Assembly: GCA_963792415.1 (NCBI GenBank)
Contig: CAWBVY010000004.1
Coordinates: forward strand, 416,001-480,000
Direction of reading: 5' to 3'
Origin: Candidatus Deferrimicrobiaceae bacterium
GTDB lineage: Bacteria; Desulfobacterota; Deferrimicrobia; Deferrimicrobiales; Deferrimicrobiaceae
Length of the DNA: 64,000 bases
Each line of letters begins with the position of its first letter. Within the stretch, counting starts at the first letter, position 1. Of this stretch, positions 59,831 through 64,000 are shown one piece after another. The notes beneath the pieces were generated by a model that searched no databases, was not told where the DNA came from, and saw only the letters and a list, made by a program, of their open reading frames with translations. A program made the position numbers and the translations under genes.

Positions 59831-62800
59831 TCCGGCGCCTCCATCAGGGAAAGGATCCCGAGCAGCGGGAGCTTGACCCAGTTGGGCCGGTTGTTCAGCT
59901 CGTACCCCAGTTCGTAGATCGCTTTTTCCAGAAGGAACGTGTCGAGCAGGATCGACAGCTCCTCCCGGGTACGGGGGAGGAACGCCCCTTCCTTCGCGAC
60001 GGCAAGGTACCCCTGGAGGAACGCCGCCGAAACCCAGGCGTTCCAGCAATCGGCCCACGGCTCGAGGGATTTGACGTCGTCCGACCGGACGCTGCCGCCC
60101 ACCCCCCCGATGAGGGGGGCATAGGAGGCGTAATGGAACGAACGGAGCATCCCCGCCACGTCCCGCACCGGCGACCGCTTGATCCGGCGCTCGGCCAGCG
60201 AGCGGGCCGGCTCCCCTTCGAAATCGATGAGGACGAATTCCTTCCCGGTGAAGAGGACCTGCCCGAGGTGGTAGTCGCCGTGGACCCGGATCCGCATCGC
60301 CGTGATCTTCCGGTCGAGGATTCCCTGGAACCGCTTCAGGATCCTCTCTTCCATATCCAGTACCACCCGCCCCTGCCCGCGATCGGTTTCCGGAAGGGTG
60401 CCGACCCGCTTCCGCAGCAGGGAGAAGGTCTGGGCGGTGAGGTTCCGCATCGACTGGTACAGGGACCGCTGGTAGAACGGCGTGAACGGCTCGGGGGCGA
60501 AGGACGGATTTCCGACGTTCGAGGCCATGGCGAGGTGGAACTCCGCCGTCCGCTCTCCCAGCCGGCGGGCCGACAGGAGGTACGAACCGATGAGGTCGTT
60601 CACCCTCGCGGGAACGACCTCGTCGACCATCCGGAGCGGGCGGGATCCCGGGCACGGGACTTCCTTGATGTCGGCGGACCGCGCCGTGACCCGCTCGAAG
60701 AACCGCCCGAGGTTGTCCAGGGTGTATTGCCACGCGTCCCCCTGGTTCGGGACGAACCCCATCAGGACCGCGAGGGTCATCGGTTCCTCGTGCGCCCTCC
60801 TGTACTGGAGGGAGCCGCCGACGGGAGGGGTGTGGGGGAAGGCCGCCTCCTCCGTCAGGTAGGTCCCGATCTCGAGATCCGGGTTCACTCCCTGGTCGAT
60901 GCGGCGGAAGATCTTCAGGATCATCTTGTCCCCGAAGATCACCGAGCTGTTGCTCTGCTCCGCCTTCCCCGGCACCGGTGCCGGGGCCTCCTTCAACTCG
61001 CCGCGGATCTTCCGGAACGCCCGGGCGGGAACGCCGAGGATTTCTCCCCCCGCGCCCCGGAAGCGCCGCCGGTGACCGATCGTGTCCAGGAAGAACAGGC
61101 ACGATCCCTTGTCCTGCAGCGCGTCGAAGAGAATGTGTTGCCGCGACGCCTCGGCGACCCGGGCGATCACCGCCCCGGGGGCTTCGGCAAGCATCCGCTC
61201 CGCCTCGGGCCCCGACGCAAAGGCGACGGGGAGGGAATAGAGGTCCGGATCCCCCTCCGTGTAATCGGCCTGGACGAGCAGCAGGTGCAGGTGGGACGCC
61301 CCGTTGGCGAGGGGGATCGCTTCCAGGACCCGGGCCCATTTCATGCGACGGGCCTTCCCGGCGAACCAGCGCCGGCTCCGCAGGTAGGCGGGCAGGATCT
61401 TCTCCAGCGTCCCGCGAAGGTCCTTCCGGAACAGGCTGTCCGGACCGCCCTTGACCTGCAGGAGCGGCGCCTGGGTCTCGGCGGGGATCGTTGCCGTGGC
61501 GGTCTCCTTCTCCCTGTCGGGACTCTCCAGGGAGAACCAGTAGAAGATGTGCGCACCGAGGGTGAGGAAGTACGGAGAATCCTTGATGGCGGGGAACTCG
61601 GTCTTCCCGACCAGCTCCACGGGGACCTTTCCCTTGTGCGCGGACAGGTCGAGCTCCACGAACTGGGGGAAGCGGGAAAGGTTCGCCACCACCAGGACCA
61701 GCTCGCCCTCGAACATCCGGAGAAACGCCAGCACCTTGTGGTTCTCCGGGGTGAGGAACTCGATGGAGCCCCTGCCGAAGGCCTTGAACTGCTTCCGCAG
61801 GGCGATGACCCGCTTCATCCACCAGAGCATGGAACTGGCGTTGTTCTGGCGCGCCTCGACGTTGACCGTCTCGTAGTGGTAATCCGGGTCGATCGTCACC
61901 GGAAGGAACATCCTCTGGGAGCTGGCGCGGGAGAACCCGGCGTTGCGGTCCGAGTTCCACTGCATCGGGGTGCGCACGCCGTTGCGGTCGCCGATGTAGA
62001 TGTTGTCCCCCATGCCGATCTCGTCGCCGTAGTAGAGGACGGGCGTCCCCGGGAGGGAGAGGAGGAGCGCGTTCATCAGCTCGAACTTCTTCCGGTCCTT
62101 CCCCAGCAGGGGGTAGAGCCGGCGGCGGATCCCGAGGTTGATCCTCGCGTGCGGGTCGTTGGCGTACACGCGGTACATGTAGTCCCGCTCCTCGTCGGTG
62201 ACCATTTCGAGGGTCAGCTCGTCGTGGTTCCGGAGGAACAGGGCCCACTGGCAATTCGCGTGGATCGGCGGGGTCTGCGACAGGATGTCGATGATCGGGT
62301 ACCGGTCCTCCATCCGGATCGCCATGAACATCCGGGGCATCAGCGGGAAGTGGAACGCCATGTGGCATTCGTCCCCGTCCCCGAAATAGGCGGCCGCGTC
62401 TTCGGGCCACTGGTTCGCCTCCGCCAGCAGCATGCGGTTGGGGTACCGCTCGTCCACGCGCTTCCGGATCGTCTTGAGCGCCTTGTGCGTCTCGGGGAGG
62501 TTCTCGCAGCTGGTCCCTTCCCGCTCGTAGAGGTACGGCACGGCGTCGAGCCGAAGGCCGTCCACTCCCATGGCCAGCCAGAACTGCATCGTCTGGAGCA
62601 TGATCTTGCGGACCTCGGGGTTGTCGAAGTTCAGGTCCGGCTGGTGGGAGTAGAACCGGTGCCAGTAGTAGGCGTTCGCCAGCGGGTCCCACGTCCAGTT
62701 GGCGGACTCGAAATCCTTGAAGATGATCCGCGCGTCCCGGTACCGGTCCGGCGAGTCGCTCCAGACGTAGAAGTCCCGCCACCTGCTGCCCGGGGGGGAC

Positions 62801-63183
62801 CTGCGGGCCCTCTGGAACCACGGGTGCTGGTCCGAGGTGTGGTTCAGGACGAGCTCGGTGATGACCCGGAGACCGCGGCGGTGCGCTTCGCGCAGGAACA
62901 GCCGGAAATCGGACAGCCCCCCGTAGGCCGGGTTCACGGCGGTGTAGTTGGAGATGTCGTAGCCGTCGTCCTTCAGGGGGGAAGGGTAGAAGGGGAGGAG
63001 CCAGAGGGCGGTGACGCCGAGGTCCTGCAGGTAGTCCAGTTTCTCGGTCAACCCCCGGAAATCCCCGATGCCGTCGCCGTCGCTGTCGAAAAAGGAACGG
63101 ACGTGCAGTTCGTAGATGACCGCGTCCTGGTACCACAACGGGTCGTCCCCGAGCAGGATCTTTTTCTTCTCTTTTCCTTTCAT
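59827..63183 (-). CDS. treS: trehalose synthase fused to maltokinase (TreS-Mak/Pep2)
   Basis: DDGYDI, ELVLNHTS, RLDAVPY, AEANQWP, LRNHDELTLEM. C-terminal EQSNSS, RVHGDYHLGQ, DFEGEP. Confidence 0.95.
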   Translation of the reverse strand: MKGKEKKKILLGDDPLWYQDAVIYELHVRSFFDSDGDGIGDFRGLTEKLDYLQDLGVTALWLLPFYPSPLKDDGYDISNYTAVNPAYGGLSDFRLFLREAHRRGLRVITELVLNHTSDQHPWFQRARRSPPGSRWRDFYVWSDSPDRYRDARIIFKDFESANWTWDPLANAYYWHRFYSHQPDLNFDNPEVRKIMLQTMQFWLAMGVDGLRLDAVPYLYEREGTSCENLPETHKALKTIRKRVDERYPNRMLLAEANQWPEDAAAYFGDGDECHMAFHFPLMPRMFMAIRMEDRYPIIDILSQTPPIHANCQWALFLRNHDELTLEMVTDEERDYMYRVYANDPHARINLGIRRRLYPLLGKDRKKFELMNALLLSLPGTPVLYYGDEIGMGDNIYIGDRNGVRTPMQWNSDRNAGFSRASSQRMFLPVTIDPDYHYETVNVEARQNNASSMLWWMKRVIALRKQFKAFGRGSIEFLTPENHKVLAFLRMFEGELVLVVANLSRFPQFVELDLSAHKGKVPVELVGKTEFPAIKDSPYFLTLGAHIFYWFSLESPDREKETATATIPAETQAPLLQVKGGPDSLFRKDLRGTLEKILPAYLRSRRWFAGKARRMKWARVLEAIPLANGASHLHLLLVQADYTEGDPDLYSLPVAFASGPEAERMLAEAPGAVIARVAEASRQHILFDALQDKGSCLFFLDTIGHRRRFRGAGGEILGVPARAFRKIRGELKEAPAPVPGKAEQSNSSVIFGDKMILKIFRRIDQGVNPDLEIGTYLTEEAAFPHTPPVGGSLQYRRAHEEPMTLAVLMGFVPNQGDAWQYTLDNLGRFFERVTARSADIKEVPCPGSRPLRMVDEVVPARVNDLIGSYLLSARRLGERTAEFHLAMASNVGNPSFAPEPFTPFYQRSLYQSMRNLTAQTFSLLRKRVGTLPETDRGQGRVVLDMEERILKRFQGILDRKITAMRIRVHGDYHLGQVLFTGKEFVLIDFEGEPARSLAERRIKRSPVRDVAGMLRSFHYASYAPLIGGVGGSVRSDDVKSLEPWADCWNAWVSAAFLQGYLAVAKEGAFLPRTREELSILLDTFLLEKAIYELGYELNNRPNWVKLPLLGILSLMEAPE

Positions 63184-63205
63184 CGGTTCCCTTGTCCCCT
63201 TCCCG

Positions 63206-64000
63206 CTACATGAAGTAGTCGAAATCCTTCTCGGTGCGGACCCTGCGCCGCAGCCGGATGATGTGCGCCGGTACGGTGAACGGGTCGAGCGCGACGTAGA
63301 ACCGCCGGCCCTGCCAGAGGAACCGCGCCCCGCTCAGCAGGTCGTGCCCCTGGAACGGGGCGGCGTCGCCCAGCCCGAACTCCTCGAGGGGGAGTTCCAC
63401 CCAGCCGGACTGCGTGTGGCGCGGGTCGAGGTTCACGACGACGAGAATGGTGCCGGAACCGTCGTCCGCGGACTTGCTGTAGGCGATCAGCTGGTCGTTG
63501 TCCACCGTGTGGAAGCGGAGGTTGTCGTCCGACTGGAGGGGCGGGGACTCCCTGCGGATCCGGTTCACCAGCGCGATGAATTCCTTCAGGGAGTCCGGCC
63601 TGTCGGTGTCCCAGGTCCGGATCTCGTACTTCTCGGAGTCGAGGTACTCCTCCCTGCCGGGAGCCGTGGCCTCGTGTTCGCACAGTTCGAAGGCGGGCCC
63701 GTAGATCCCGTAGGTCGCCCCGAGCGTGGCGGCCAGGACCAGCCGCGCCATGAACGCGGGTCGCCCCCCGTACTGCAGCTGCTCCGTCAGGATGTCGGGG
63801 GTGTTCGGCCACAGGGCGGGCCGGAAATACTCCCGCACCTCCGTCTGCGTCAGGTCCCGGAAGTACGCCTCGATCTCCGGCTTGGTGTTTCTCCAGGCGA
63901 AGTAGGTGTAGGACTGGGAGAATCCCGCCTTCGCCAGCCGGTACATGACCTTCGGGCGGGTGAACGCCTCGGCGAGGAAAATCGCGTCGGGGTGCTCCCG
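63206..64000 (-). CDS. glgE: alpha-1,4-glucan:maltose-1-phosphate maltosyltransferase; C-terminal part
   Basis: FLAEAFTRP, GFSQSYTYFAWRN, NTPDIL, EEYLDSEKYE, VVNLDP. The frame is open to the window end. Confidence 0.93.
   Translation of the reverse strand, partial: REHPDAIFLAEAFTRPKVMYRLAKAGFSQSYTYFAWRNTKPEIEAYFRDLTQTEVREYFRPALWPNTPDILTEQLQYGGRPAFMARLVLAATLGATYGIYGPAFELCEHEATAPGREEYLDSEKYEIRTWDTDRPDSLKEFIALVNRIRRESPPLQSDDNLRFHTVDNDQLIAYSKSADDGSGTILVVVNLDPRHTQSGWVELPLEEFGLGDAAPFQGHDLLSGARFLWQGRRFYVALDPFTVPAHIIRLRRRVRTEKDFDYFM

Noticed and set aside
57689-63136. 1815-aa ORF suggesting a giant MalQ fusion
   Set aside because: The upstream part is an off-frame shadow of treS; MalQ similarity starts at GTG 59830.
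59827-63183. TreS-maltokinase fusion as a novelty
   Set aside because: This is a well-known fusion in many Gram-negative bacteria.

Overview
This is a high-GC bacterial window. Gene content and style resemble a deltaproteobacterium-like lineage such as Ca. Deferrimicrobium/MBNT15; that placement is inference only. The left ~37 kb is core-like: a KamA radical SAM gene with an XRE-cupin regulator, tRNA-Ala(CGC), priA with a SpoVG-like gene, nfo, M29 and M16 peptidases, a TolC/MFP/RND operon, an HD-GYP gene, hemW, a fadN-fadA-metY-acyl-CoA dehydrogenase cluster, MerR and sigma54 regulators, folE, tadA, cls and tRNA-Ser(CGA). The right ~27 kb is an osmotic/desiccation-stress block carrying four trehalose routes (TreT, OtsAB, TreYZ, TreS-Mak/GlgE), GlgB, MalQ, a GH57 protein, ClC, MscS and a Na+/H+ antiporter. 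The most notable observations are: (1) an OtsA fused to a TM-periplasmic sensor-TM-HAMP receptor module in a MarR-led operon with otsB, DUF5752 and treT; (2) a four-arm palindromic element behind both tRNAs whose stem co-varies to pair with each tRNA's own NCCA end; (3) a 1.6-kb cassette bounded by a 42-bp duplication of the antiporter gene's 3' end; (4) a likely split sigma54 regulon; and (5) several intergenic palindromic repeat families. No CRISPR array, integrase or transposase was seen. All assignments were made by eye from motifs, without database searches.
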